From contig JBAXEI010000004.1 of NCBI GenBank assembly GCA_037140515.1, positions 8,453-72,452 of the forward strand: a DNA stretch of 64,000 nucleotides. The letters are read 5' to 3'. The notes beneath the pieces were generated by a model. The model saw only the letters and a list, made by a program, of their open reading frames with translations. It searched no databases and had not been told where the DNA came from. The translations under genes and the position numbers were made by a program. This document shows positions 40,586-51,223 of this stretch, one piece after another (positions within the stretch are counted from its first letter, which is position 1; every line of letters starts with the position of its first letter). This stretch comes from Candidatus Berkelbacteria bacterium. GTDB taxonomy: Bacteria > Patescibacteriota > UBA1384 > XYA2-FULL-43-10 > 1-14-0-10-43-13.

Positions 40586-42382
40586 TTATTCGTTTCTTAG
40601 CACTTTGATGAAGACATCTGATGGCACTTCCACTCGGCCGATCGATTTCATCTTCTTCTTGCCCTTTTTCTGCTTATCTAAGAGTTTATTTTTTCGTGTG
40701 ATATCACCGCCATACAGACCAACAATCACGTCTTTGCGATATGGGGAGATCTTCTCTGATGCGACTACTTTTGCCCCGATCGCTGCCTGAATCTTGATCT
40801 CAAAATTTTGTCTTGGGATTAGTTCCTTCAATCTTTCGGTGATGCGGCGGCCCTCGGTCATAGTCTTGGATTTATGAGTAATGAAGCTAAGCGCATCAAC
40901 CTTGTCTAGGTTGATAAGAATATCAACTTTTTCCAAGTCTGAAGAGCGATATCCAGTTGGCTCATAGCTCATCGAAGCATATCCCTTGGAAACACTTTTT
41001 AGCTGATCGTATAGATCAATAATAACCTCAGCAAGAGGGATATCGTAACGAATAATTGCTCGAGATTCATCTAAGTATTCAATATTTTTGTACTCAGCTC
41101 TTTTCTTCTGGACCGCTTCCATACATGAGCCGACATAATCTTTTGGCGTAAATATTTCGAGCGAAACCCAAGGCTCAGAAACTTCACGATAGGTGCCAGG
41201 CTCAGGCAGGTCCCCTGGTTTCTCGATCTCGACAACTTCGCCGCCAAGCTTAACGACTTTGTAACGCACGGATGGACTAGAGATAACAAGCGAAAGATTG
41301 TACTCACGCTCTAGTCGCTCACGGACGATATCTAAGTGCAGAAGTCCAAGAAAGCCACAACGAAAGCCGAAGCCAAGCGCGTCAGAGCGCTCAGGCTCAA
41401 AGGCGAGAGAAGCGTCATTCATTTTCAACTTTTCAATCGCCTCTTTTAGCTCTGGATAGTCATCGCCGTCTGTACAGTATATAGAGGCAAAAACAGATGG
41501 AGCGATTTGTTTGTAGCCAGGCAAAGGGGACTCGGCTGGTTGTGATTTTGAGGTGATAGTATCACCAACGCGAGCCTCAGCAACACTGCGAAAACCTGTA
41601 ATGATGTAGCCAATTTCGCCAGTAAGAAGGGGAGTATGAGGAAAATATTTTGGCTTGAAGTAGCCAGTTTCGATGATTTCGCCATCGCTTTTTGTTTGCA
41701 TTAGAAAAAACTTTTCATTTTTCTGGACCTGCCCATCGACGATACGGACAAAAGCAACGACGCCACGATATGGGTCATAAACAGAGTCAAAGATGAGGGC
41801 CTTCAAACGATTGTCGGTCCCCCCTTGCGGACATGGAACTTTTTCGATTATAGCATCTAGGATTTCAGCGACGCCCTCCCCTGTCTTGCCAGAGGCAAAA
41901 AGAATGTCCTCGCGTTTGCAGCCAACGACTTTCATAATTTCTTCGGATACTTCCTCTGGTCGGGCGGCAGGGAGATCGATCTTGTTGACCACAGGAATGA
42001 TTGCAAGGTTGTTTTCGATAGCAGAATATAAGACGGAGAGTGTCTGCGCCTCGATGCCCTGAGAGGCATCCACGAGCAAAATAGCACCCTCGACAGCGGC
42101 TAGAGAACGCGAGACTTCGTACTGAAAATCGACATGGCCAGGAGTGTCAATCAAATTCAAAACTTGACCCTTCCAGTCCATCCGTACTGGGGCCAATTTG
42201 ATCGTAATACCACGCTCACGCTCAAGATCCATTGTGTCCAAAAGCTGCTCTTTCATAAGCCTTTTTTCGACAGTACCAGTGATCTCAAGCATTCGGTCAG
42301 CCAAAGTCGACTTACCGTGATCGATATGAGCGATAATACAAAAATTTCTGATTGTGTTTATATGATTTTCCATCAAGAGCAA
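40586..42382 (-). CDS. lepA: Elongation factor 4 (LepA)
   Basis: The N-terminus reads IRNFCIIAHIDHGKSTLADRMLEITG. The protein is 598 aa and carries the LepA-specific C-terminal domain. Confidence 0.95.
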   Translation of the reverse strand: MLLMENHINTIRNFCIIAHIDHGKSTLADRMLEITGTVEKRLMKEQLLDTMDLERERGITIKLAPVRMDWKGQVLNLIDTPGHVDFQYEVSRSLAAVEGAILLVDASQGIEAQTLSVLYSAIENNLAIIPVVNKIDLPAARPEEVSEEIMKVVGCKREDILFASGKTGEGVAEILDAIIEKVPCPQGGTDNRLKALIFDSVYDPYRGVVAFVRIVDGQVQKNEKFFLMQTKSDGEIIETGYFKPKYFPHTPLLTGEIGYIITGFRSVAEARVGDTITSKSQPAESPLPGYKQIAPSVFASIYCTDGDDYPELKEAIEKLKMNDASLAFEPERSDALGFGFRCGFLGLLHLDIVRERLEREYNLSLVISSPSVRYKVVKLGGEVVEIEKPGDLPEPGTYREVSEPWVSLEIFTPKDYVGSCMEAVQKKRAEYKNIEYLDESRAIIRYDIPLAEVIIDLYDQLKSVSKGYASMSYEPTGYRSSDLEKVDILINLDKVDALSFITHKSKTMTEGRRITERLKELIPRQNFEIKIQAAIGAKVVASEKISPYRKDVIVGLYGGDITRKNKLLDKQKKGKKKMKSIGRVEVPSDVFIKVLRNE

Positions 42383-42483
42383 TATACCAGATCCGAGAGC
42401 AAAAAACTACTCTCCTTAATATGTCATCCTTGGGGAGGACGAGCTGCTACATATTTAATTTAACAGAAAAGCGAGCCATAACC

Positions 42484-42548
42484 CGAGGATCCAGAATACA
42501 ATTCAGAATAAGGCTTCCTGGATTCCCGATCGGGTCGGGAATGACAGA
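42484..42548. repeat. Intergenic nested-hairpin repeat, copy C (inverted orientation)
   Basis: The segment GATTCCCGATCGGGTCGGGAATGACA is the exact reverse complement of the copy A hairpin. The segment CCAGAATACAATTCAGAATAAGGCTTCCTGGATTCC matches copy B. Confidence 0.75.
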
Positions 42549-42558
42549 GGGAAGGGCT

Positions 42559-43428
42559 CTACTTCCTTCCAAAAAGTGCAGAGAGAAAACCATTTTCCTT
42601 ATGATGACGCTTCAGAGCTTTCAAAAATTCTGCGGCGTGAGCCTCGGCATAGTCTTCACCAATCGCTCGTATCTCTACCATTTTTGTAAAATGAAACCAG
42701 CTAAATGTTTCGACAGGTGGTGTGAAAACGTAATCACATTTCTTCATCTCATAACGCGCAAGTTCTTTTTGCATTATATCGATCGAGCGAAGCGTTGAGA
42801 GCAGTCGTCCTGGCTCTTTACCCTCCACATCAAATTTATCCATCACTTCAATGTTATAGAGAGACGAACCGATAATGAAATCCATGCCCTTTTTGCGCAG
42901 TATTCCCGCAGGAAGATTACGACTAATACCCCCGTCAATCAAGCTTTTACCGTCAATATCTTGAGCAGGAAATGCACCAGGAAAAGCAGAGGAAGCCATA
43001 AGAGCGCTGACAAGGTCACCACTTTCTAGGTAAACAGGATTGCCTTCAGCAAAGTGCGTTGCTACACAAACAAAATTGATATTTAGATCATAAAATTTTT
43101 CAGGCAAATGTTTTTGTAGTGTTGTGCGAATAGTTTCAAAAGTTTTATCAGGAAGACCGCCGAAGATCAGATTGGCACGAGAAAACACGCCTTGTTTCTC
43201 AAGATCGGCAAGAAATGCTTCAATTCGGGCGACGCCGCCAGCCGCAAAAAGTGCACCGATGATCGCCCCAGCAGAAGTCCCTGAGATATATTTGATCGGA
43301 ATTTTCTCTTTCTCGATCATCTTTAGTACACCAATATGAGCTACACCGAGTACTCCACCACCAGAGAGGGCTAGACCGATTTTCATTTTACCTCCATACT
43401 TTTCAAAAGCTTGATCTCCTCTGCCCAA
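42559..43428 (-). CDS. Patatin-like phospholipase
   Basis: The N-terminus reads KIGLALSGGGVLGVAHIGVLK with the GTSAG nucleophile elbow. A catalytic Asp in a DGG motif is present. Confidence 0.8.
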   Translation of the reverse strand: MGRGDQAFEKYGGKMKIGLALSGGGVLGVAHIGVLKMIEKEKIPIKYISGTSAGAIIGALFAAGGVARIEAFLADLEKQGVFSRANLIFGGLPDKTFETIRTTLQKHLPEKFYDLNINFVCVATHFAEGNPVYLESGDLVSALMASSAFPGAFPAQDIDGKSLIDGGISRNLPAGILRKKGMDFIIGSSLYNIEVMDKFDVEGKEPGRLLSTLRSIDIMQKELARYEMKKCDYVFTPPVETFSWFHFTKMVEIRAIGEDYAEAHAAEFLKALKRHHKENGFLSALFGRK

Positions 43429-44240
43429 GTCGATGATTCCTGTGGAGTTTCGAGAATGCCAAAGCAGTGTTGCAGTTTTGGATGATTGATTATGAAGCGA
43501 AATGTTTCAAGGCCAATCTCCCCTTTGCCCAGATCTGCATGCCGATCACGCTTCGAGTCTAGGACTGTTTTCGAATCATTTAGATGGAAGCCAACAAGCT
43601 TATCGATCCCAATCAGTTGATCAAATTTCTCCACAAATTCATCTACCTGTTTCTCTGTGCGAAGATCGTAGCCGGATTCAAAGGCATGAGCTGTATCGAT
43701 GAGAACTCGAACTCGAGGTGAATCAACCGCTTTCATAACTAATAAAATTTCTTCGAGTGTATCTCCTATAATATTGCCAGCGCCTGCGGAGTTTTCGATG
43801 ATAAATAGTGTTTTCTCGTCTGTAGCGGCAAGCACTTGCTTCACTGCTTCAGCAACTTTCACGAGAACCTCGCTCATCTCCTTGCCCTTTGTCGAGCCAA
43901 GATGCATATTGGCACCAAGCGCGCCGAGCTTTGTGGCTTTGTTCATATCGTCGATCAGAGATTTGATTGACTGTTCATAGAAAAACGGGTTTTCGCTCGC
44001 AAGATTAACCAAATAAATACTATGAATAATCACCGGCGAGATTTTCGCTTTTTCATTTAGCTCCAAATATCTCTTGATCTCACTTTCTGGGATTTCGGTC
44101 GGATTCCAACGTTGCGGAGCATTTGCAAAAATCTGCATACACTCACAGCCAATACTCTCTGCACGCGTGATCGCGTCAGAAAATGGTTTTGCAGTCGAAA
44201 TATGTGCGCCAATTTTCATTAGTTTCCCTTCTTCATCCAC
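43383..44240 (-). CDS. nfo: Endonuclease IV (AP endonuclease family 2)
   Basis: The N-terminus reads MKIGAHIS. Metal-binding His and Glu/Asp residues are in conserved positions (HLND and IENSAGAGN). Confidence 0.85.
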   Translation of the reverse strand: MDEEGKLMKIGAHISTAKPFSDAITRAESIGCECMQIFANAPQRWNPTEIPESEIKRYLELNEKAKISPVIIHSIYLVNLASENPFFYEQSIKSLIDDMNKATKLGALGANMHLGSTKGKEMSEVLVKVAEAVKQVLAATDEKTLFIIENSAGAGNIIGDTLEEILLVMKAVDSPRVRVLIDTAHAFESGYDLRTEKQVDEFVEKFDQLIGIDKLVGFHLNDSKTVLDSKRDRHADLGKGEIGLETFRFIINHPKLQHCFGILETPQESSTWAEEIKLLKSMEVK

Positions 44241-44731
44241 GCCGCGACATTACCCACTCGATTGTCTTGCGGTTGAATAATATTCATTGGACTTGCTGTC
44301 AGTTTTTTATCGAAATATTCACCAAACAGCTGGGGATAATAATACTCAGCAAAGTCATCTACAGTCAAAGATTCCGCTTCCTCAGCACCCATCCAATGAA
44401 ATTCTGAGGCTTCGGTTTCTTCATCAATTTTTCCATCACCGCTATGCTCTGCCAAGAATACTAGATGAAAAACATTCTTCTCTGGCATCAAGATATCAAG
44501 AACTTTTACCAATCCCTTCAGCTCTACTTCTAGCCCGATTTCGGTCTGAATTTTTCTTTTCAACCCTTCTTCGATTGTCTCGTTAAGAAACAATTTTCCG
44601 CCTGGCAGGCTCAATCTATTGGGCATCCACTCGTTTGTAGCCGGCTCTCTGAGAAGCAAGAGCTTGTCATTTTTATAAACTAAAATTTTTACAGCAACAA
44701 TAGTTTGATAATCATAACGCTCGTTTTTCAT
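44219..44731 (-). CDS. NUDIX hydrolase
   Basis: The Nudix box reads GGKLFLNETIEEGLKRKIQTEIGLEV. The substrate is not assignable. Confidence 0.75.
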   Translation of the reverse strand: MKNERYDYQTIVAVKILVYKNDKLLLLREPATNEWMPNRLSLPGGKLFLNETIEEGLKRKIQTEIGLEVELKGLVKVLDILMPEKNVFHLVFLAEHSGDGKIDEETEASEFHWMGAEEAESLTVDDFAEYYYPQLFGEYFDKKLTASPMNIIQPQDNRVGNVAAWMKKGN

Positions 44732-44753
44732 GGCTTCCTTAAGTCTAATATTA

Positions 44754-45167
44754 TTAACTTATCTTTGATAAATCACCGTTGATTATTGTAGGCTTCATCG
44801 CTTCAATCTCTGACTTATAGTAGTCAATTTCAGGGATTGGATTGATGAGAAAAATTTTCTGATCAAGCACGTGGGCAAAACCGATCTCCAAAAAAGTATT
44901 GCCGCCAATATAATTTTTTATATTCTTTCGATCATAATTTGCAACCAAGACAGCGTCAGCTCCCTGCATCGCGCGCCAAAATTCACGAATCGCATCCTGA
45001 TCATTTTTTTGCATTATTTTGATAACTTCCTTCTCTTCGTCAGATTTACCGACGAAAGGAGCTGCCAAGCTCGTGACGAATGCATCGTGGCCAAGAGCTA
45101 GAAGTTGATCGCGAAGATCTATCATTTTTTCGGTCAATTGCATGCTTCCGATGACGCCTATTTTCAT
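44754..45167 (-). CDS. Nucleoside 2-deoxyribosyltransferase-like (Rossmann, DNPH1/NDT-family) protein
   Basis: The N-terminus reads KIGVIGS and a C-terminal motif reads NTFLEIGFAHVLDQKIFLI, which resembles the NDT-family active-site segment. The protein is 137 aa. Confidence 0.5.
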   Translation of the reverse strand: MKIGVIGSMQLTEKMIDLRDQLLALGHDAFVTSLAAPFVGKSDEEKEVIKIMQKNDQDAIREFWRAMQGADAVLVANYDRKNIKNYIGGNTFLEIGFAHVLDQKIFLINPIPEIDYYKSEIEAMKPTIINGDLSKIS

Positions 45168-45808
45168 TCTATCTCCTTAATTTTACTTGGTTCACGGAAC
45201 TGACCAAATTCTACACTCAAATTTTCTAAATCCATTATAGCATAGAAACCGCTTTCTAGAGGAGCAAGCTTCACGATCTTAGTCGTGCCAAGATAAGCTA
45301 CACCCCAAGTGTGATGAATATGCCCACAAATATGCACTTTTGGTACGTCTGAGAGCTTCTTGCTGGTTGGTGAATAATTATCAAATTTTTGATAATTATG
45401 CGCTCCTGGTGGTGGCACATGAGAAACAAATATTGTACCAGCGATCTTCTTTCGATCGATCATCGTTTCTCCACTGTATTGACCAGCCCACGAAGCAGGC
45501 GAGCCACCAACGCCTGTAAACTTCTGGCCTTCGAAATCAACAATCTTCCCTTCTAGAGAAGGAAATTTTGCTTTTAGACGAAAAAAGCCCATGCCGAAAT
45601 CGTTATTCCCTGGCACCCACAAAAGCGCAACATTTAGGCGATCAAGCACACCAAGAAATTGCTGTGCGAAGCCAACGGGCTCACCCATATTTAAAAGATC
45701 ACCAGCAAAGATAATTGCACCAATTTCTGGATGATCATGAATATAATCTTCCATATTTGCGAGCTGTTTGTAGTTCGTATGGAGATCAGAAAATACAAAG
45801 GCTTTCAT
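45164..45808 (-). CDS. Calcineurin-like metallophosphoesterase
   Basis: The motifs DLH, GDLLNMGEP, GNNDFG and ICGHIHH are present. The stop codon overlaps the next gene's start. Confidence 0.75.
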   Translation of the reverse strand: MKAFVFSDLHTNYKQLANMEDYIHDHPEIGAIIFAGDLLNMGEPVGFAQQFLGVLDRLNVALLWVPGNNDFGMGFFRLKAKFPSLEGKIVDFEGQKFTGVGGSPASWAGQYSGETMIDRKKIAGTIFVSHVPPPGAHNYQKFDNYSPTSKKLSDVPKVHICGHIHHTWGVAYLGTTKIVKLAPLESGFYAIMDLENLSVEFGQFREPSKIKEIE

Positions 45809-45829
45809 GTATTGTCTCCAAAATTATTC

Positions 45830-46465
45830 TTAATTTACCGGTACTTCTGCTGCGACTTTTTCACCTTCGATACGCAGAAAACCTTGCATAGAGTAAACAT
45901 TAGTCAGTTTGAGATGAGCATTTTTTGGCAATAAGTTTGCAAAAATATAATCAATTTTTGGAGTAATCAGGTCAGTCACCTTTGGTGGCGCTTGTACACC
46001 AGACGCTTCAATTTTTATAATATCGAAGGAGACGGCATCGTCCTTTATTATTGGTTTCAAAGTGATTTTGACAGTCATGAAATCCCATATCTTGTCGGTC
46101 ATTTTACCTTCGACTTCAACACCAGCGGGAACTATTTTCAAACTAGCCTTTTTTAGCGGGAAAGATGATTTTGTTACAGCAGCGGCCTCAGCAAGCTGCT
46201 CTTCTGTAACTTTCATCTCAACTTTGTTGCTAGCAGAATCAGAGTTTGCCTTATCGTTGAACATTGAGCGCAGATCAACCTTTTGGACCTTGATACCTAT
46301 TTCATACCAATCAGCCAAAGGTGAGAAATTGCTATAGCGAAACCAGATCATGAAAGTAACAAAAATTAGGAATAAAAAAGCCATATATCCAAGCACCGCT
46401 CCGACTGAGATTGTCTTCTTAGGGCCGGCAACAATCTGCGAATTCTGATCGCTATTTCTGGTCAT
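45830..46465 (-). CDS. Hypothetical membrane-anchored protein
   Basis: The ORF is 211 aa with a single N-terminal TM helix. It overlaps the murJ 3' end by 14 nt. Confidence 0.35.
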   Translation of the reverse strand: MTRNSDQNSQIVAGPKKTISVGAVLGYMAFLFLIFVTFMIWFRYSNFSPLADWYEIGIKVQKVDLRSMFNDKANSDSASNKVEMKVTEEQLAEAAAVTKSSFPLKKASLKIVPAGVEVEGKMTDKIWDFMTVKITLKPIIKDDAVSFDIIKIEASGVQAPPKVTDLITPKIDYIFANLLPKNAHLKLTNVYSMQGFLRIEGEKVAAEVPVN

Positions 46466-48053
46466 TTATTTTCCTTGTTAATGCCCACCTCATCTCCTTG
46501 ATGTCAAATAAGAAGCCAAGTAGGAAAAATACTATTAATCCGAGGAGAAGAGATATGGAGGCTTGCGAAAGAATTCCCCAAAAACGTGTCATATCGAAAT
46601 AGCCTGCGAAGATTTGATTCGATTGACGGATAACGACGCCCATAAGTAACGAAATCATCATGATCTTTAGATATGAAATCAAAAGATCATGATCAAGGAG
46701 TCCCTTATACTGCTTTCGAAGATAGTAGATTAGCGCACCGACATTGAAAAAACTGCCAATAGAAAACGCAAGAGCAAGGCCGGCAACCGAAAGTGCGACT
46801 CGCGTATCGCCTATCACGATAGTAGTTCTCGCAAGAGGTAAGGCAATAACGATACTGACTATGACCGTCGCAATAGAAACGTACATCGGCGTCTTGGTGT
46901 CTTTGAGAGCGTAAAAGGCTCGAGAAAGTAAAGGAATCAAACCTTGAGCCAAAATAGACAAAGAAAATGCCCCAAGAGTAAGTGCCGTCATCGTCGTATC
47001 ATCCCAGCTAAATTTACCAGATCCAAGGATTAGGCGGACAATATGAGCACGTAAAAGAAAAATGATAACTGTGGATGGAATTAACAAAAAGCCAATCGCA
47101 CGCAAAGCTTTATTCAAATACGCCGAAAATTCTTTGTCTTTACCCTCGGCAATTTTGGAGGCGAGGGTCGGGAAAATCGCTGTGGCGAAGGAGGTGCCAA
47201 GGACAACAATCGGTACAGTCTGAATGTTGTTGGAGAGATTGAAAGCTGTGATTGATCCGGCTGCCATGGCTGAAGCAAGTGCGGTATATACAATAAGCAT
47301 TACCTGGCTCGAGCCCATGCTGATCGTGCGAGGAATCATCAGCTTGATAATCTTCTTGATAGTAATGTCGGAGAACGAGATTACAGGCGCCCAGCGATAA
47401 CCAAGCCTCATTGCCGGAATGATCTGGACGAGAAGATGGAGAACAGAACCAGCAACTACCATATAGATAACCCCAGATAAACCGTATCGCGGTGCCAAGA
47501 CGGCAGCCCCGATGATAATGGCTAGGTTGTAGAAAAGAGGTGCCAACGAATATGCCAAGAATCTCTTGTAACAATTTAATATTCCACCAGTAATGTAGGA
47601 AAGAGAGAAAAATATCGGCGTCAGCATTAGGATACGAGAGTATTTGACGGCGTCTGCCATTCTCGCCATATCAAAGCTTGGTACAATCAGCTTCATCAAA
47701 TATGGCATTGTGAAGAATAAAATGATAGCAGAGACGACCATAAAAAGAAGAGAAATATTCACGAGGATATTTGCAACTCGAAAGCCCTCTTTCTCCTTTT
47801 TTTTCGCAATAAAGTCGGCGAAGACAGGGATAAAAGCTGAAGTGATCGCACCGAGAATAAGAAGATTGAAGATGAGGTCAGGAATTCGGAAGGCGGCATA
47901 ATAAACATCCAGGTCGGAGGTAGCAATATTTTTTGTGAGATATCTGTCACGAAGTAGGCCAAGAAGATTGCTGATTGCGAGAGTCACAATCAGAACAATA
48001 CTAGCGGCACGTACCGAATTTTCGGCAGATAGTTTGACAAAAAATTTCTTCAT
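46452..48053 (-). CDS. murJ: Lipid II flippase MurJ (MviN)
   Basis: The N-terminus reads SIVLIVTLAISNLLGLLRDRYLTKNIATSDLDVYYAAFRIPDLIFNLL. The protein is 533 aa with about 14 TM helices. Confidence 0.85.
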   Translation of the reverse strand: MKKFFVKLSAENSVRAASIVLIVTLAISNLLGLLRDRYLTKNIATSDLDVYYAAFRIPDLIFNLLILGAITSAFIPVFADFIAKKKEKEGFRVANILVNISLLFMVVSAIILFFTMPYLMKLIVPSFDMARMADAVKYSRILMLTPIFFSLSYITGGILNCYKRFLAYSLAPLFYNLAIIIGAAVLAPRYGLSGVIYMVVAGSVLHLLVQIIPAMRLGYRWAPVISFSDITIKKIIKLMIPRTISMGSSQVMLIVYTALASAMAAGSITAFNLSNNIQTVPIVVLGTSFATAIFPTLASKIAEGKDKEFSAYLNKALRAIGFLLIPSTVIIFLLRAHIVRLILGSGKFSWDDTTMTALTLGAFSLSILAQGLIPLLSRAFYALKDTKTPMYVSIATVIVSIVIALPLARTTIVIGDTRVALSVAGLALAFSIGSFFNVGALIYYLRKQYKGLLDHDLLISYLKIMMISLLMGVVIRQSNQIFAGYFDMTRFWGILSQASISLLLGLIVFFLLGFLFDIKEMRWALTRKINDQK

Positions 48054-49889
48054 TTATTTCTTCTCTTTGGCTTCTTCCTTTGATTCTGTCTTTGTTTTGG
48101 CAAAATAATGCTCAAATTCAGTTGCATTTAATGTTTCCTGCTTGAGCAAATCTTCAGCAATTTGATCGATAACTTTTTTGTGAGTTTTGATAATTTCGTC
48201 AGCTGTTTTCTTACCACTTTTGATAAGAGCCGCAACCTCTTCGTCTATCAATCTAGCGACGTCTTCACTATAGTTTCTCTGTTCGTTGTAGCTTTTACCC
48301 AAGAAAGGCATTTCTTCTCTATGACCATAAATCTGAGCGCCAAGCTTCGTACTCATGCCATAATCAGTAACCATACGACGAGCGATTTCTGTTGCTCTTT
48401 TCAAGTCGTTAGAAGCGCCAGTTGTGACATTGTCATACCCGAAGAATTCTTCTTCAGCAACTCGTCCACCCATCAGCGTTGCAATCTCATCCAAGAAATG
48501 TGCCTTGGACTCAAGCCTTCTCTCCTCAGTTGGCATATTCCATGTATAGCCAAGCGCCATACGTCGAGAAATGATCGATATTTTGTGAACTGGGTCTGCG
48601 TTTGGCAAGATATGGCTGACGACAGCGTGACCAGCCTCATGAATAGCGGTAATTTTTCGTTCCTTCTCGGACATTGCTCGAGATTTTTTCTCTGGCCCCA
48701 TCATAACCTTTTCGATAGAGTCAGTCATGTTTTCCTGTGAAACAGTCTTCTGACTATTTCGAGCAGCGGAAATTGCAGCTTCGTTTGTAAGATTACGAAG
48801 ATCGGCACCAGAGAATCCTGGAGTCGAGGCAGCAATCTTTTCTAGATCAACACCGTTTTCTATAGGCTTACTCTTTGTGTGAACTTTCAAGATTGCAAGA
48901 CGTTCTTTTCGATCAGGAAGATCGATGTAAACTTGACGATCAAAACGACCCGGACGAAGTAGAGCAGGGTCGAGGACGTCTGGTCTATTTGTTGCCGCTA
49001 CAACAATGACATTGTCCGAAGTTTCAAAACCGTCCATCTCAACCAAAATTTGATTTAGAGTTTGCTCGCGTTCATCATGAGAACCGCCAAGACCAGAGCC
49101 ACGTTGTCGTCCGATTGCGTCAAGCTCATCTACAAAGATAATTGCAGGCGAATTGCGCTTTGCTTTTTGGAAAAGATCTCGAACTCGAGATGCACCAACA
49201 CCGACAAACATTTCGACAAATTCTGAAGCTGAGATTGAGAAAAAAGGTACACCAGCTTCGCCAGCGACTGCCTTAGCCATCAGAGTTTTACCGGTTCCGG
49301 GTGAGCCTACAAGCAAAACGCCTTTTGGAATCTCAGCACCAAGTTCCTGATATTTTTTTGGATTTTTCAAGAAATCGACAACTTCAAAGAGCTCCTGCTT
49401 GGCCTCTTCGGCGCCGGCAACATCGTTAAAAGTAACTTTTTTGTCCCCAGTGAAAAGCTTTGCTGTGGATTTACCGAAGCTCATTGCCTTCGAGTTTGCC
49501 CCTTGTGCAGATCTCATCATGAAGAAAATAAATGCGCCAATGAGGAGTATTGGCAAAACAATGGATAGAATCGCAACCCAAGAAGCTGATCCGGAAGTGT
49601 CTTTGACGTCAATCTCAACTTTGTCGGGTGTAATACCGTAGTCCTTCAAGCCGATACCGGCTTCCTTGCTAGCCTGCTCAATTTTACCATCCTTGAGGGT
49701 GGCCTTGACTTGATTATCCTTGATCTCAATCTTTTTGACACTACCCTTCTCGACATCGGACGAGATCTGAGAAATGTTCGTCATCTCGATCTTCTGAGTA
49801 GATTTGTTAAAATAGCTTGATACAAGAAAAAGTCCAAGAACGATCAAAATAATGTAAATCGCTGTTTTGCTTTGGTTTGGTTTCATCAT
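48054..49889 (-). CDS. ftsH: ATP-dependent zinc metalloprotease FtsH
   Basis: The Walker A motif is GSPGTGKT, the second region of homology is present, and the zinc site reads HEAGHA. An N-terminal TM helix and periplasmic domain are present. Confidence 0.95.
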   Translation of the reverse strand: MMKPNQSKTAIYIILIVLGLFLVSSYFNKSTQKIEMTNISQISSDVEKGSVKKIEIKDNQVKATLKDGKIEQASKEAGIGLKDYGITPDKVEIDVKDTSGSASWVAILSIVLPILLIGAFIFFMMRSAQGANSKAMSFGKSTAKLFTGDKKVTFNDVAGAEEAKQELFEVVDFLKNPKKYQELGAEIPKGVLLVGSPGTGKTLMAKAVAGEAGVPFFSISASEFVEMFVGVGASRVRDLFQKAKRNSPAIIFVDELDAIGRQRGSGLGGSHDEREQTLNQILVEMDGFETSDNVIVVAATNRPDVLDPALLRPGRFDRQVYIDLPDRKERLAILKVHTKSKPIENGVDLEKIAASTPGFSGADLRNLTNEAAISAARNSQKTVSQENMTDSIEKVMMGPEKKSRAMSEKERKITAIHEAGHAVVSHILPNADPVHKISIISRRMALGYTWNMPTEERRLESKAHFLDEIATLMGGRVAEEEFFGYDNVTTGASNDLKRATEIARRMVTDYGMSTKLGAQIYGHREEMPFLGKSYNEQRNYSEDVARLIDEEVAALIKSGKKTADEIIKTHKKVIDQIAEDLLKQETLNATEFEHYFAKTKTESKEEAKEKK

Positions 49890-50884
49890 TACCTTTGTTT
49901 ATTTATATTCGATAGGATAATTTTACCAGCATCAAGCTCAATCCGCAATGAGTGGGGGAGAGTCTTATATTTTTTTGATTCATTTTTTTCGATTAGCGTG
50001 AGTACTTCTTTAATATGAGTAGAATCGATGTCGATCAGGCTGTCTAGCTTTTCGATCGCTAATCGCAAAATCATCTTTTGCTGAGGAAAATGTAATTTTC
50101 GAAATAGTTTCGCGTCGAGCACAATCTTACTCTCCGATTCGGCGACCAATACTTTTTGATAAATGTCACGAAGATCAGAGTGAAGGAAATCGTAGTCTTC
50201 CTTTAGCTGATTTGCTGTATTTGCAAGAGTACCAACAATATTTGGATTGATCTCTGCAAGTAACGGCAAAACAGTGTGACGAATCTTGTTGCGAGTATAG
50301 GCGAGATCGGAGTTTGACTCATCTGTCCGATAGTCTTGATTTTCCAATGATAAATATTCTTCAATCTCAGATCGAGAAATTTCTAAAAGTGGACGAATGA
50401 AACTTTCACGAGACAGGGGAATGGAAGAAAGTCCGCGAAGACCAGCGCCGCGGATCAGGCGCATGAGAAGAGTCTCGGCAAAATCATTTAAATTGTGGGC
50501 GATTGCAATTTTGTCGGCCGTCCCCTCTTCAATTATACTTTGGAAGAACTTGTACCTCGCTGCCCTGGCTTCTTCCTCATTTTTAAAGGACGAATCACGC
50601 AATGGTTCGCTGTAGACGTGCTCGATCCCCTCTTGCTTACAAAAATTTCTGACAAATTCTGCATCGGCATTACTTGCCTCCCCTCTTAGTCGATGGTTGT
50701 AGTGACAAGCCAAAATAGTACAGTGATATTTATCACGAATTTCAAGCAAGATTTTCGTCAGACAGATAGAGTCCGCTCCTCCGCTCAGTGCTACCATGAT
50801 TTTATCACCGTCTTCAATCAGGTGATTCTCACGAATAGTTTTCAGTACCTTACCGACAATAGATTTTTGTGTATGTTTTGGCAT
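49889..50884 (-). CDS. tilS: tRNA(Ile)-lysidine synthetase
   Basis: The PP-loop reads KIMVALSGGADSICL. The conserved tilS-ftsH gene pair is present. Confidence 0.85.
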   Translation of the reverse strand: MPKHTQKSIVGKVLKTIRENHLIEDGDKIMVALSGGADSICLTKILLEIRDKYHCTILACHYNHRLRGEASNADAEFVRNFCKQEGIEHVYSEPLRDSSFKNEEEARAARYKFFQSIIEEGTADKIAIAHNLNDFAETLLMRLIRGAGLRGLSSIPLSRESFIRPLLEISRSEIEEYLSLENQDYRTDESNSDLAYTRNKIRHTVLPLLAEINPNIVGTLANTANQLKEDYDFLHSDLRDIYQKVLVAESESKIVLDAKLFRKLHFPQQKMILRLAIEKLDSLIDIDSTHIKEVLTLIEKNESKKYKTLPHSLRIELDAGKIILSNINKQR

Positions 50885-51023
50885 ATTATAACAAAAAACG
50901 AGCCCTCACGCTCGATTTATTTCTTTTCTATTTTGTAAAAATATTTCATCTTATATAATTTATTCGCTAAACGATATCAATGCATTGAGTGGCCTGCCAT
51001 CCGTAGTCCCGAAGGGCGAAGGA

Positions 51024-51100
51024 TGGTAGCAGGAGAGAGATTCGAACTCTCGACCCCAGGCTTATGAGTCCTGTGCTCTAACCAACTGAGCTACCCTGCC
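51024..51100 (-). tRNA. tRNA-Met elongator (CAT); tRNA-Ile2 is not fully excluded
   Basis: The reverse complement reads GGCAGGGTAGCTCAGTTGGTTAGAGCACAGGACTCATAAGCCTGGGGTCGAGAGTTCGAATCTCTCTCCTGCTACCA. The D arm, GGGGTC and GTTCGAATC match elongator tRNA-Met. Confidence 0.7.
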
Positions 51101-51160
51101 ATATTGTTAAAACAACCAAAGCCGACGATTCTGTCGGCTCTCCGACCGATAGCGTCGGAG

Positions 51161-51175
51161 CTGAGCTACCCTGCC
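51161..51175 (-). repeat. 15 bp direct duplicate of the 5' end of tRNA-Met, flanked by two perfect hairpins
   Basis: CTGAGCTACCCTGCC occurs at 51086-51100 inside the tRNA and again at 51161-51175. The hairpins GCCGAC-GATTCT-GTCGGC and CTCCGAC-CGATAGC-GTCGGAG lie between the two copies. Confidence 0.6.
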
Positions 51176-51223
51176 AAGAGATTGCAACGCTACCAGAAGT
51201 TTTGAAATTGAATTAAAAACTTT

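Noticed and set aside
50990-51023. Hairpin-like CCATCC...GGATGG immediately 3' of tRNA-Met considered as a fourth tRNA or terminator
   Set aside because: It has no cloverleaf and only a 6 bp outer stem with a long loop. It has no T-run, so it is too weak to call.
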